Below are positions 6,941-15,945 of a stretch of DNA of 64,000 nucleotides, in pieces. The DNA comes from Dehalococcoidia bacterium (GTDB taxonomy: Bacteria > Chloroflexota > Dehalococcoidia > Lucifugimonadales > UBA3495), in the NCBI GenBank assembly GCA_965249065.1, contig CBDFLG010000001.1:421084-485083 (forward strand), given 5' to 3'. The notes under the pieces were generated by a model, which did no database searches, was not told the origin of the DNA, and worked only from the letters and a program-made list of their open reading frames with translations. A program made the position numbers and the translations under genes. The number at the start of each line of letters is the position of its first letter. The stretch's first letter is position 1.

Positions 6941-8113
6941 CTACGGTGACTGGGCGTTCTCCTGCCGCCGTGTCTGCAAGTAAATTGCCCCTAGCGTCCC
7001 GACCACCGACCCGCCCGACGCCATCCAGAATACCCACTTCATAGCCACGTAATCGGCAATCAGGCCGCCGATGGTGGGGGAAACGGTGCTGCCCAGCCCC
7101 GCTCCTACCGACATCAGCGCGAAGGCCGCCGCCGAGAAGCGCACTGGCACGTAGTCTCCCGACGAGGCCGCGCATATCGTGTAGGCCGCCCTCAGCGTCA
7201 CGCCCATCAGGGCCGAGGTTATCAGGAACGTCACAAACCCCGGCGCAACGGCCAGCAGCGCGAAGGCGACCCCCTGCACCACGAAGGAGTAGGCGAAGGC
7301 CTGCCCCCGTCCAAACTTGTCGGACATCCAGCCCCAACCCACCCCGCTGCCGATGCTAAGTGTGCCGATGAGGACGACCAACTGCCCGGCGGTAGCCAGC
7401 GATATGCCGTTTTCCTGGGTGAGATAAAGGCCGAAAAAGGTGGTGAACAGGTTCTGAGACCACCCCGAAGTGAAGGCGAGACAGGCGATGAGCCAAACGG
7501 CGGGATGCTTGAACGCCTCGATGGGCCAGGCGCTGCGGGCCGTCCCCGCCTGCCGCTCGGGTTCCAGGGGTTCGGCAGGCCGCTCCCGGACAAACAGCAG
7601 CGACACCACCCCTACCACCAATACCATACCGCCGAACAACTGCCAGCTATGGCGCCATCCATCATCCCAGTTTGACCCGGTCAGAATCGGCACCGCGACC
7701 CCGGCCACTATGAAGGCGATACTGCCGCCCGATGCCGCCAGCCCCGCCGCCAGCCCCCGGTCTCGCATCATGAACCAAGCGGACAGCAAACCCATCATCG
7801 GGGTCAACGCCGCGCCGCTGCCAATGCCCATCAGCACCCCGGCCCCTAAGGCAGTGCCGTAGTTCTGGGCAAACCCCAGCAGCACCATGCTGACGCCGGT
7901 GATCAATGTGCCGATAGCGGTGATGGAACGGCTGCCGTAGCGCGGGGCCAGTGTGCCGGAGGACAGCGCGCCCGCCATGCGAGTCGCCGCCGTGATGGTA
8001 ATCAGCAGCCCCACCTCAGTGTGCGAAAGGTGGAGCGCTGCCTCCATCGAGGGCAGGGTCAGGCTGTAACCGAACTGAACAAACCCGGTAGCCAGGTTGA
8101 CCAAAAAGGCCAC
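6941..8113 (-). CDS. MFS transporter
   Basis: 390-aa ORF with about 12 hydrophobic segments and a central loop (FVRERPAEPLEPERQ). GTG start; an in-frame stop lies 18 codons upstream. Confidence 0.85.
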   Translation of the reverse strand: MAFLVNLATGFVQFGYSLTLPSMEAALHLSHTEVGLLITITAATRMAGALSSGTLAPRYGSRSITAIGTLITGVSMVLLGFAQNYGTALGAGVLMGIGSGAALTPMMGLLSAWFMMRDRGLAAGLAASGGSIAFIVAGVAVPILTGSNWDDGWRHSWQLFGGMVLVVGVVSLLFVRERPAEPLEPERQAGTARSAWPIEAFKHPAVWLIACLAFTSGWSQNLFTTFFGLYLTQENGISLATAGQLVVLIGTLSIGSGVGWGWMSDKFGRGQAFAYSFVVQGVAFALLAVAPGFVTFLITSALMGVTLRAAYTICAASSGDYVPVRFSAAAFALMSVGAGLGSTVSPTIGGLIADYVAMKWVFWMASGGSVVGTLGAIYLQTRRQENAQSP

Positions 8114-8320
8114 CAGCAGCGTGACTCCGGAATAAGACCGGAGCCAGTAAACGGCAAGGCTGTTGACTAGAATAAGAGGCTCCCGGATTCAGATTTGCCG
8201 CTATATTACAATCAGTAACTAATCATACCAACCACCCGTCTCCGGTGAGAAAACGGACGGCTCTGCATCCCGGTCTCGCTCTTTACCAACCGCCTGCGAA
8301 TGGCAAAGACGGATGAGCCC

Positions 8321-8410
8321 TTAGCGCAGCGGGCGGAAGAAGTTACGGACGACGTCCTCCACCAACAGCTCCGGCTCCTCTAGGACGGCGAAGTGACCGC
8401 CGCTGGGCAT
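8321..8410 (-). pseudogene. C-terminal remnant (29 codons) of an epoxide-hydrolase-type alpha/beta hydrolase
   Basis: Own translation MPSGGHFAVLEEPELLVEDVVRNFFRPLR* matches the conserved GGHFAAxEePeL...FF tail carrying the catalytic His. No matching N-terminal body lies upstream. Confidence 0.55.
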
Positions 8411-8528
8411 TCTAGCCAAACTTGTGGCTGCGTGCAAAAGTTGGCGCCAGTACGCCAAGCGCCTCGCTCGCTGCGGCGAGTGCTTGAGCCAAGGTTTGCG
8501 TTCCTGCTCTCGCGAATGGGGTTTCTAA

Positions 8529-8860
8529 CCCTCTCGTCTGGCAGACATTATTGATTGCAAGAAAGTGGATATAGCCACCGGGGAAGTGGCCGGAGAGCGC
8601 TGGTATCTGCTGACCAGCCTGAGTCCCCGGCAGTGTGGTCCCCGAGAGCTGCTCCGGCTGTTCCGCAACCAGTGGAGCATTGAGAACAGCCAGCATCGTA
8701 TGAAAGACCGCAACTGGGATGAAGATGTCCAAAAGCTGCGCCTTCCGCCCAGCGCAGACCATCGCCCGCCTCTGCGGACGTGCTTTCTGACTTTGCAATC
8801 GTCTTGGTGCCTGGGTCTGCCGCCCTTTCCGATAGTCCGGTACGCGCCTATAATCCCCAT
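8529..8860 (+). pseudogene. 3' remnant of an IS4/ISAs1-type DDE transposase gene
   Basis: Translation ...VAGERWYLLTSLSPRQCGPRELLRLFRNQWSIENSQHRMKDRNWDEDVQKLR resembles the C-terminal W.IEN.LH...D...ED block. There is no N-terminal DDE region and no terminal inverted repeats. The tail is probably frameshifted. Confidence 0.5.
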
Positions 8861-8890
8861 CGACCGTAAATACGCGCAGGAGGCCGGGTT

Positions 8891-9712
8891 ATGGCTACGG
8901 CGAAAGTAAATGGCGCGGAGCTATATTACGAAGAGGCCGGGAGCGGCCCTCCGATTATTCTGTCGGCGGGCGGGCTGCAGGGGGTAGCCAGCAGTTACGG
9001 GCCGGTGATTGACGCCCTGTCGCAGGAGCACCGGGTGGTGGTCTACGACCGCAGGTTTGGCGGCCAGTCCCGCAGTCCCTTGGTGGTGCAGACTTGGGAC
9101 ATGGTGTGCGACGATGTGTTCGGGTTGATGGACGCTTTGGGAATCGAGCAGAGCTATCTGGGCGGAGGGTCGTTTGGCGCGGCCATTTCCTTCGGCTGTG
9201 CTTCCCGTCGCCCCGAACGGGTGAGAGCCATTTTCCCGTCGAACATCGCGGGCGGGGTCATCTGCGACGGCTATCTAACGTCCAAGCTGTTCAAGAGCAT
9301 GGAGCTAGCCGCGGCTGAGGGCATTTCGGCGGTGGTGGGCGCTTTCGACGCCGACGACCGCTTCGCCCCCTTCAGCCCGGAGATTGCCCAGACCGACGAC
9401 GGCTACCGCAAAGACCTGGAAGCGATGGACACCGAGGAGTTCATCCAGGTGATGCGAGACAGCATCTATGCCCTCTTCGGCGGCCCGTTCCCAACGCTGG
9501 GCAGCACCGAGAAGATGCTGAAAGGCGTCAGCGTACCGGCGATGATTATGCCGGGATGCAACGACGTGCATCCGAGGGCAGTGGCCGAGATGGCCCACCG
9601 TCTCGTCCCCAACTGCCAGTGGGGCGAGTGCAAACCCCACTCCGACGAGCCGGAAAAGTACGCCAAGCGGGTGCTGCAATTCCTGTCGGAAGTGGAGGCA
9701 AACGGCGCTTAA
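8891..9712 (+). CDS. Alpha/beta hydrolase
   Basis: 273-aa ORF with nucleophile elbow GGGSFGA. The N-terminal GSGPPIILSAGG and the length fit the fold. AGGAGG lies upstream. Confidence 0.8.
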   Translation: MATAKVNGAELYYEEAGSGPPIILSAGGLQGVASSYGPVIDALSQEHRVVVYDRRFGGQSRSPLVVQTWDMVCDDVFGLMDALGIEQSYLGGGSFGAAISFGCASRRPERVRAIFPSNIAGGVICDGYLTSKLFKSMELAAAEGISAVVGAFDADDRFAPFSPEIAQTDDGYRKDLEAMDTEEFIQVMRDSIYALFGGPFPTLGSTEKMLKGVSVPAMIMPGCNDVHPRAVAEMAHRLVPNCQWGECKPHSDEPEKYAKRVLQFLSEVEANGA

Positions 9713-10035
9713 CGACCGAGTTCGCTCGGTAAGTTACCAGACGGTGCTGGCACGAGGGGCTCGATTACGCTAACGTCGGTCGAGTCCCGGGCCCTCTCCA
9801 GGTCATAGAGCTTTTGCAGGTTTAGCCAGAAGTCCGGCGTCATTCGCAACGCCTTCCCGATGCGAAGCGCAGTGTCTGCTGAGATAGAGCGGTTGGCGTG
9901 AACGATCTCGTTGATGCGCCGTGGGGAAACTCCTATGGCTGTCGCTAGTCGATATTGGCTGATTTCCAATTCGCCCAGAATTTCAGCTAGGTGTTCCCCG
10001 GGATGGATGGGTGCGTTCTCTTCCAAGGCAGCCAC
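9709..10035 (-). CDS. higA: HigA-family antitoxin (XRE-type HTH)
   Basis: IHPGEHLAEILGELEISQYRLATAIGVSPRRINEIVHANRSISADTALRIGKAL is the HigA/VapI signature. The track start at 10062 overlaps higB. GTG 10035, just after the higB stop, is the more likely start. Confidence 0.85.
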   Translation of the reverse strand: MAALEENAPIHPGEHLAEILGELEISQYRLATAIGVSPRRINEIVHANRSISADTALRIGKALRMTPDFWLNLQKLYDLERARDSTDVSVIEPLVPAPSGNLPSELGR

Positions 10036-10036
10036 C

Positions 10037-10318
10037 TCACGAATGATAGTCCACCACTTCAATTTCCTTGGCGCCTTCGTCCGTCCAAGTGAAGCAAACT
10101 CTCCACTGGTCGTTGACTCGAATGCTGTATTGGCCTGCCCGGTTGCCTCTCAAAACTTCCAACCGGTGTGAAGGAGGCACAAGCAGATCCAACAGGTCAT
10201 CGGCGGCCACAACTCGCTGGAGCCTCATGCGAGTCCGCGTCCTGACGTCTGGCGGAAGCCAGCGGGGAAACCGCCCCAAGAAAGCAAGCTCGGTTTCCCT
10301 GTCGGCAAAGAGTCTCAA
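10037..10318 (-). CDS. higB: HigB-type toxin (RelE/ParE superfamily, plasmid maintenance system killer)
   Basis: 93 aa: FADRETELAFLG...LDLLVPPSHRLEVLRGNRAGQYSIRVNDQWRVCFTW...VVDYH. TTG start; an in-frame TAG lies 3 codons upstream. Confidence 0.85.
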   Translation of the reverse strand: MRLFADRETELAFLGRFPRWLPPDVRTRTRMRLQRVVAADDLLDLLVPPSHRLEVLRGNRAGQYSIRVNDQWRVCFTWTDEGAKEIEVVDYHS

Positions 10319-10336
10319 ACTATGCTAACACACGGC

Positions 10337-10361
10337 GTTAATAACACAAAGCGTTATTAAC
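10337..10361 (-). promoter_or_regulatory. Inverted repeat (putative HigA operator) overlapping promoter-like hexamers upstream of higB
   Basis: GTTAATAAC (10337-10345) and GTTATTAAC (10353-10361) are exact reverse complements separated by 7 nt. On the minus strand a TAGCAT -10-like box lies 3 nt before the TTG start. Confidence 0.45.
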
Positions 10362-10386
10362 TGGCCGGCCTATCTCCGCCCCGCTC

Positions 10387-11718
10387 TTACACCGTCACCC
10401 CGGTGAAGTTGAAGCTGCCCAGCTTTAGGGCTGGGACGCGGGTGGCGAAGCCGACCTCGTTCAGCACCAGCTTGGCCTCGTCGCCCACGCCTTCCACGCT
10501 GGCCAGCGCGTCGACGTAGGACTGGGTGAAGCGCAGGTCCTTGACCGGGTGGCGAAGCTCGCCGTCCTCGATTAGAAACGTGCCGTCGCGGGTCATGCCG
10601 GTCATCACGCAGCCCTTGTTGTGAGACAGGCGGGTGTAGAAGAAGCGGGTGATGTACAGCCCCCGTTCCGTAGACGCGATAAGCTGCTCCACCGTTTGGT
10701 CGCCGGGCCGCATGAACAGGTTGGAGGCTATGGGCGGGCCGGTGAAGTAAGCCTGATGGCCGGTGGAGGCCGTGCCGTCTTGGGCTGCGGTGTAGGTGTT
10801 ATGCACCGGAGCGTTGACCACGCCGTTCTCGATCAACTCCACCCGGCGGCGCGGCACTCCCTCGGTGTCGAAAGGCAGCGGCCAGCCGTGCAGCGACGCG
10901 CCGTCATCCCAGATGGACACCGAATCGCTCATCGCCCGGGTGTCTTGGAGTCCGTTCATCCAGCTTCGTCCTTCCTGCACCGCCTGCGCTCCCATGCCGT
11001 AGAGCGACAGCGCCTCAAGGATGTCGTCAACGGCGTAGTGGTCCAGCACTACCGTATATTCGCCGGGCGTTATCGGCTGTGGATTGCGGCCCTGTACCGC
11101 CTTGTCCACCGCCTCGCGGGCTAGGGCTGGGTAGTCGATTTCGTCCAGCCGCCACGAGCCGCCCTTGGCCCAGCCCGCCGAGGTATCGCTGCGGGTGGTG
11201 ATGATCAGCCCGGCGAAGGTTCCGGCGTGGTAGGCGCGGACACCCCGGCTGCTGACCACCGCGATTTCCTGTACCCCGGTGCGGTAGGCCCCGGCGGTGT
11301 CCAGTCCTTCGGCGGCGCCTTGTCGGCAGACCTCGCCGACCATCTGCGCCCGCAGTTGGGGCGAGCAGGCGGCGGCCGATTCGTCCCAGCTCGCCACTCG
11401 CGGCGCGGGCTGCGGCTCCGGCAGGCCGGGGAACGCAGGGTCTTCGGGCATCAGCAGGGCGTTGCGCTGTGCCGCCTCCATCGCCCGGCCAATACCGCCG
11501 TCCGACAGATCGTTGGTGGTGGCCCGTCCCAGCCGTTTCCCCTCCACGGCGCGGATGTTCAGCGTGACATTGCTGTGGGAAACATTCTGATGGATGGCGT
11601 TGCCCGCGAACCGGGTCAACCCCAGGTCCTGGCTGCTCAGGTATACGTCGGTCTGCTGCGCCGCCGAAAAAGACAGCGCGCGTTCCAGCAGGGTCAGGGC
11701 AGCGTCTTCGCCAATCAT
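10387..11718 (-). CDS. pmbA: TldD/PmbA-family metallopeptidase subunit (PmbA/TldE-like)
   Basis: C-terminal 443 aa of ORF 10387..11868. ATG 11718 overlaps the tldD stop (ATGA). It has family-typical length and sequence but lacks HExxxH. Confidence 0.8.
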   Translation of the reverse strand: MIGEDAALTLLERALSFSAAQQTDVYLSSQDLGLTRFAGNAIHQNVSHSNVTLNIRAVEGKRLGRATTNDLSDGGIGRAMEAAQRNALLMPEDPAFPGLPEPQPAPRVASWDESAAACSPQLRAQMVGEVCRQGAAEGLDTAGAYRTGVQEIAVVSSRGVRAYHAGTFAGLIITTRSDTSAGWAKGGSWRLDEIDYPALAREAVDKAVQGRNPQPITPGEYTVVLDHYAVDDILEALSLYGMGAQAVQEGRSWMNGLQDTRAMSDSVSIWDDGASLHGWPLPFDTEGVPRRRVELIENGVVNAPVHNTYTAAQDGTASTGHQAYFTGPPIASNLFMRPGDQTVEQLIASTERGLYITRFFYTRLSHNKGCVMTGMTRDGTFLIEDGELRHPVKDLRFTQSYVDALASVEGVGDEAKLVLNEVGFATRVPALKLGSFNFTGVTV

Positions 11719-13160
11719 CGCATCACCCCCACGCGGACGTTGCGGAAGCGGGCCGGGGCCGCGCCGTGGCCGGTGTGGCCGAGCTGGCCCGGCTGCCCCT
11801 TGCCGCAATTGGGCGTTCCCCACATGGTCCAGTGATTCGCGTTGCACACGGCGTCGCAGGAGTTCCAAAACTCCGGCGTGATGCCGGTATAGGTGCAGTT
11901 GCGCAGCAGCCGCCCCAGCTTGCCCTTCTTGATTTCGTAGCCAACCTCGGTGCCGAACTGAAAGTTATAGCGCCGGTCGTCTATGGACCAAGAGCGGTTC
12001 ATATCCACCAGAATGCCGTCGTCGGTGTCAGCAATCAGGTCGTCCAACTCCCACTCGCCCGGCTCAAGGCTGACGTTGGTCATGCGAATCAGCGGCAGCC
12101 GGTTCCACGACGCCGCCCGCACCGTGCCGTTGGACTCCAGCCCCAAGGTGGCGGCGGTCTCCCGCGACATCAGGTAGCCGACGAAGCGGCCCGCCTCGAC
12201 CACGGGCGCCGACTGCGCCGGCACTCCCTCATCGTCCCACCCGAAGGAGCCCAGCCCCGGCAACCGGACGCTGTCGGCGGTGATGTTCACCTGCTCGGAG
12301 CCGTAGCGGAAATTACGCAGTTTCTCGGTGGTCAGGAACGACGTGCCGGCGTAGGCCGCCTCGGAACCCAGCACCCGGTCCAGTTCGATGGCGTGTCCGC
12401 AGGACTCGTGTATCTGGAGGCCCACCTGCGAGCCGCCAATAATCAGCGTGGTGGTAATGTCGCTGGGGCAGCGGTCGGCGGTGAGCAGGGCCACGGCCTC
12501 GCTGGCCACCCGTTCGGCGTTGCCCGCCAGGTCGAAGTCGCGCACGTACTCCCACCCGCTGCATCCCTGCTGACGGCCCATGGACTGCGGGTAGGAGCGG
12601 CGCTGCACCTCGCCATTACCCACGGCAGTCGCTTGGATACCCCCGCCGGCCTCGTAGATGGTCTGCTCCACATCCGCGCCCTCGCTGTTGGCGAAGGTCT
12701 TGCGCTCGCGGATGAATATCAAGTTGGCCGTGCGCGTCGAGATGCCCTCCACCCGCCCCATCTGCTCGTCGGCCTCCAGCAGCAGGGCCAGCTTTTCCTC
12801 GGGCGCGACGCCGAAGGGGTCAACTTCCACCGGCGTAGCGTAGACGCCCCGGCTGGTCACTGGCTGCCCTAGGTTGACCGGCGGCCCTCCCGACGTTGCC
12901 GAGGCGCGCCCGATTTCCACGGCCAGCGCGGCGGCCCGGTCAACGGCCTCCGGCGTCATCGTGTTGGTCGAGGCGAAACCCCAGGCCCCGTCCACCACCA
13001 CGCGCACGCCGATGCCCAGCGATTCGTCGGAGCTAATCACGTCCGCCACGCCGCTCCGCACCGAATAGCGCTCCTGCGCCGTCTCCACCATACGCGCGTC
13101 GGCGTAAGTCGCGCCCCGCGCCGCGGCAGTGTCCAGCGCGCGGGCAATCAGACTGTCCAT
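11715..13160 (-). CDS. tldD: TldD-family zinc metallopeptidase
   Basis: 481-aa ORF with an HESCGHAIELD (HExxxH) motif, translationally coupled to the pmbA-like gene. Confidence 0.85.
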   Translation of the reverse strand: MDSLIARALDTAAARGATYADARMVETAQERYSVRSGVADVISSDESLGIGVRVVVDGAWGFASTNTMTPEAVDRAAALAVEIGRASATSGGPPVNLGQPVTSRGVYATPVEVDPFGVAPEEKLALLLEADEQMGRVEGISTRTANLIFIRERKTFANSEGADVEQTIYEAGGGIQATAVGNGEVQRRSYPQSMGRQQGCSGWEYVRDFDLAGNAERVASEAVALLTADRCPSDITTTLIIGGSQVGLQIHESCGHAIELDRVLGSEAAYAGTSFLTTEKLRNFRYGSEQVNITADSVRLPGLGSFGWDDEGVPAQSAPVVEAGRFVGYLMSRETAATLGLESNGTVRAASWNRLPLIRMTNVSLEPGEWELDDLIADTDDGILVDMNRSWSIDDRRYNFQFGTEVGYEIKKGKLGRLLRNCTYTGITPEFWNSCDAVCNANHWTMWGTPNCGKGQPGQLGHTGHGAAPARFRNVRVGVMR

Positions 13161-13232
13161 ATTCAGAGGCCCCCTAACCTAGGCTGCGCTGATTGTCGGC
13201 TATTGTGCGCAGAGGCGCAAGCGGCGCTGGCG

Positions 13233-13265
13233 CCCTTGCTTTCAGTCAGTCAGCAAGGGTAGCAT
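13233..13265 (+). promoter_or_regulatory. Putative parDE promoter with overlapping inverted repeat operator
   Basis: TTGCTT (13236-13241), an 18-nt spacer, then TAGCAT (13260-13265). The inverted repeat CCCTTGCT (13233-13240) / AGCAAGGG (13252-13259) spans the spacer. ATG is at 13293. Confidence 0.4.
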
Positions 13266-13292
13266 TAGTTATCGAAGGGGGAACGACAGGAT

Positions 13293-13577
13293 ATGGAAAT
13301 TTCAATTAGCGAAGAACTGCGCAAACGGATTCAGTGGAAAGTTGACGCTGGGATATATCCTTCAGCGGACGAGGTAGTCGAGCGAGCCCTCGATCTACTT
13401 GACCAGCGCGACGTAGCTGTGGCAATGGTTCAGGATATGGTACAGGAAGGTATCGACGATATAGAAAACGGGCGCTACAAGACATACTCAGCGGAAAATC
13501 GCGATGAGTTGCTGGAAGATATAAAGCAGCGTGCGCTGAAACTGGAAGCGGAACGCAAGCAAAGGCGCAACACTTGA
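13293..13577 (+). CDS. parD: ParD-family antitoxin (RHH)
   Basis: 94 aa: ISISEELRKRIQWKVDAGIYPSADEVVERALDLLDQRD is the ParD_antitoxin signature. Confidence 0.85.
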   Translation: MEISISEELRKRIQWKVDAGIYPSADEVVERALDLLDQRDVAVAMVQDMVQEGIDDIENGRYKTYSAENRDELLEDIKQRALKLEAERKQRRNT

Positions 13578-13873
13578 TGGAAAGCTATCACCTTACTGAC
13601 ACCGCGGCCGCAGACCTCGCTCATATCCGAAGCTTTCTTCGCAGAAGGGGTGGGGAGCAAGTTGCCAGCAGAATGATCGCTCGCCTACGGGACATTTTCG
13701 AACTCTTGGCCGAACAGCCCTTTATAGGGATTGAGCGTCCCTTACTGCCCGGAATGCGAAGCCACTCGGTTTCCCGCACGCGCTATATCATCCTTTACTT
13801 TCCCCACAAGACGCCGATCGAGATACATCGTGTCCTGCACGGTAGCCAAGACATCGAGCAACTTTTTGAGTAA
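13577..13873 (+). CDS. parE: ParE/RelE-family toxin
   Basis: ATG shares 1 nt with the parD TGA. Translation: YHLTDTAAADLAHIRSFL...AEQPFIGIERPLLPGMRSHSVSRTRYIILYF...IEIHRVLHGSQD. Confidence 0.85.
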   Translation: MESYHLTDTAAADLAHIRSFLRRRGGEQVASRMIARLRDIFELLAEQPFIGIERPLLPGMRSHSVSRTRYIILYFPHKTPIEIHRVLHGSQDIEQLFE

Positions 13874-13882
13874 TTGAAATCA

Positions 13883-15325
13883 CTACACCAACGGTGGCCG
13901 CCGCTGGTGCCAGTCCGTGACCTGCTGATAGGCGTGGCCTACGCGCATTACCAGTCCGTCGGCCATGGGCCGCCCCACGATTTGCAACGACAGCGGCAGG
14001 TTTCCCTCCGGTCCGGCCGAGGCTGTGAAGCCACAGGGAATGGACAGGGCCGGAACCCCCGCCACGTTGAACGCCCCGGTGAAATTGCGCACTCCGGAAA
14101 TTCGGCTGCGGGCATCCTCCTGGCTCTTGATGCCAGGCTCCCCGGGGAGTAGCGGCGCCACCGTCGGCGATGTGGGCAGTACGATAACGTCCACTTCCTC
14201 CAGCGCGTCCAGCACCGCTTGGCGAATCAGCGTCCGCACCTTTTGCGCCTTGTAGTAGGCTTGCGCCGGAGTGAGAATCGCCGTGAGCAGCCGCACCCGC
14301 GTGTTGTGGTCATACTCGGCGGCACGGTTTCGCAGCCTTTCGTGGTGGACAGCCGCGCCGTCCATGTCGGTGATGCACTTGGAGACCGCCCCGGCGTTTT
14401 CCACGATGGGGATGGAAATCTCCCGCACCGTCGCGCCCAGTTCGCCCAGTTGAGCGATGGCCGACTCAACAATCTGGCGCACTTCCGGCGCCAGCCCGCC
14501 CCCGGCAACCTTCTCACTCAGCACGCCGACGCGCAGGCCGCCGATGCCTCCCTGGATTTCCTGCGAATAGTCGGGAACCGGCGTGTTCCACGAATAGGGG
14601 TCATGCGGGTCGTGCCCTGCGATGGCCTGGAAGGTCAGGGCGCAGTCCTCCGCGGAGCGCGAGATGGGGCCGACGGTGTCCATTGACCACGACACTCCGG
14701 CCACCCCGCGACGGCTCACCCGCCCCCAAGTGGGCCGCAGCCCGGTCAGTCCGCTCCAGGCGGCGGGGATGCGCGTCGAGCCGCCGGTGTCCTCCGCCAG
14801 CGCCGTGGCGCACAGGAACGCCGCCGTAGCCGCCGCCGAACCACTGCTGGATATGCCGGGGTTGCGCGACAAGTCCCACGGGTTGCGTGGCTGCCCGCCC
14901 GGATGGTGAAAGCTCTCTCCCAAGGCGAACTCCGAGAGGTTCAGCTTGCCCAGCAGGACGGCTCCGGCCTCTTTCAGCCGCGCCACCACCACGGCATCCT
15001 CATCCGGCACGTTGTCCCAAGTGAGGCCGGAGCCGTAGGTGGTTCGGATGCCAATGGTGTCGAACTGGTCCTTCACCGCCACCGGCACGCCGTGCAGCGG
15101 CCCCAGATACCGCCCGGCGGCGATGGCCTGCTCCGCCTCCCGCGCCGCCTGCCGCGCTTCGTCTCCGCACACGGTGATGTAGGAGTTCAGCCGCCCGTCA
15201 ATCCGCCCGATGCGTTCCAGGTAGGCTTCGGTGGCCTCGACCGGCGAGACTTCCCTCGACCGAATCAGCCGGCCCAACTCGGCCACGCTGAGAAAGGGTA
15301 TTTCGCCGCGCTGAATGTTCGCCAT
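13883..15325 (-). CDS. Amidase (amidase-signature family)
   Basis: Contains GISSSGSAAATAA and GGSTRIPAA motifs plus VAVKDQF (catalytic Lys). ATG 15325 with GGAGAGG upstream is preferred over the track start at 15403. Confidence 0.85.
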   Translation of the reverse strand: MANIQRGEIPFLSVAELGRLIRSREVSPVEATEAYLERIGRIDGRLNSYITVCGDEARQAAREAEQAIAAGRYLGPLHGVPVAVKDQFDTIGIRTTYGSGLTWDNVPDEDAVVVARLKEAGAVLLGKLNLSEFALGESFHHPGGQPRNPWDLSRNPGISSSGSAAATAAFLCATALAEDTGGSTRIPAAWSGLTGLRPTWGRVSRRGVAGVSWSMDTVGPISRSAEDCALTFQAIAGHDPHDPYSWNTPVPDYSQEIQGGIGGLRVGVLSEKVAGGGLAPEVRQIVESAIAQLGELGATVREISIPIVENAGAVSKCITDMDGAAVHHERLRNRAAEYDHNTRVRLLTAILTPAQAYYKAQKVRTLIRQAVLDALEEVDVIVLPTSPTVAPLLPGEPGIKSQEDARSRISGVRNFTGAFNVAGVPALSIPCGFTASAGPEGNLPLSLQIVGRPMADGLVMRVGHAYQQVTDWHQRRPPLV

Positions 15326-15409
15326 CGAGACCTCTCCATTCCGGTGAATCAACGAAAGGGGCGCTGAGAACTCTCTCAGCGCCCTCTGTGTTTGGTCAGG
15401 CACACCGCC

Positions 15410-15871
15410 CTAGTCGGCGGGCGCGGCTTCCAGTTCGTAGGGGTCGAGGACGGCGCCGGTGTTGCGCATGAAGTCGCGGGCATCCGCGCCGTGCAGGTTC
15501 TGGAAGAAAATCTCGATGCGGTTGCCGCTGGGATCGAAGCAGTAGAAGCTCTTGGTCAGGCCGTGGTCGGCGGTGAAATCGATTTCGTAACCGGCAGCCT
15601 TGACCCGCCCGAACATTTCCTGCAACTCCGGCTCGCCGCCCTCCAGAGCCAGCGCGGTGTGCGACAGCCCGGGGCTGCCCGTCTCCACACCCTCCGGCGC
15701 CTTGATGAGCGCGATGTCATGGTCCGACTCGCCAAAGGACAGGAACGCCATGTCCATGCCTTGGTCGTGGTTCATCAGTTCCATGCCCAGCGCGTTGGTA
15801 TACCAGTCGATGGCCTCTATGGTGTCCGAAACATTCAGTACCACATGGCCGACCCGCGCGATTCTCGCCAT
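15410..15871 (-). CDS. VOC-family protein (glyoxalase / extradiol dioxygenase fold)
   Basis: 153 aa: VGHVVLNVSD...HDIALI...SHTALALE...DPSGNRIEIF pattern. Confidence 0.75.
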   Translation of the reverse strand: MARIARVGHVVLNVSDTIEAIDWYTNALGMELMNHDQGMDMAFLSFGESDHDIALIKAPEGVETGSPGLSHTALALEGGEPELQEMFGRVKAAGYEIDFTADHGLTKSFYCFDPSGNRIEIFFQNLHGADARDFMRNTGAVLDPYELEAAPAD

Positions 15872-15945
15872 AACATTCCCTCCCGGTGAGTTTGTGCCAG
15901 CATAACGCCCGTCCGTCCGTCGCGCAATCGTAGGTTCGGGCGAGA

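Noticed and set aside
11719-11868. N-terminal extension of the pmbA-like ORF into tldD
   Set aside because: ATG 11718 forms an ATGA overlap with the tldD stop. The 50-codon extension is Arg/Pro-rich and overlaps the tldD coding sequence.
11766-12872. 368-aa plus-strand ORF opposite tldD
   Set aside because: Shadow ORF. tldD on the minus strand has the HExxxH motif and family-length colinearity.
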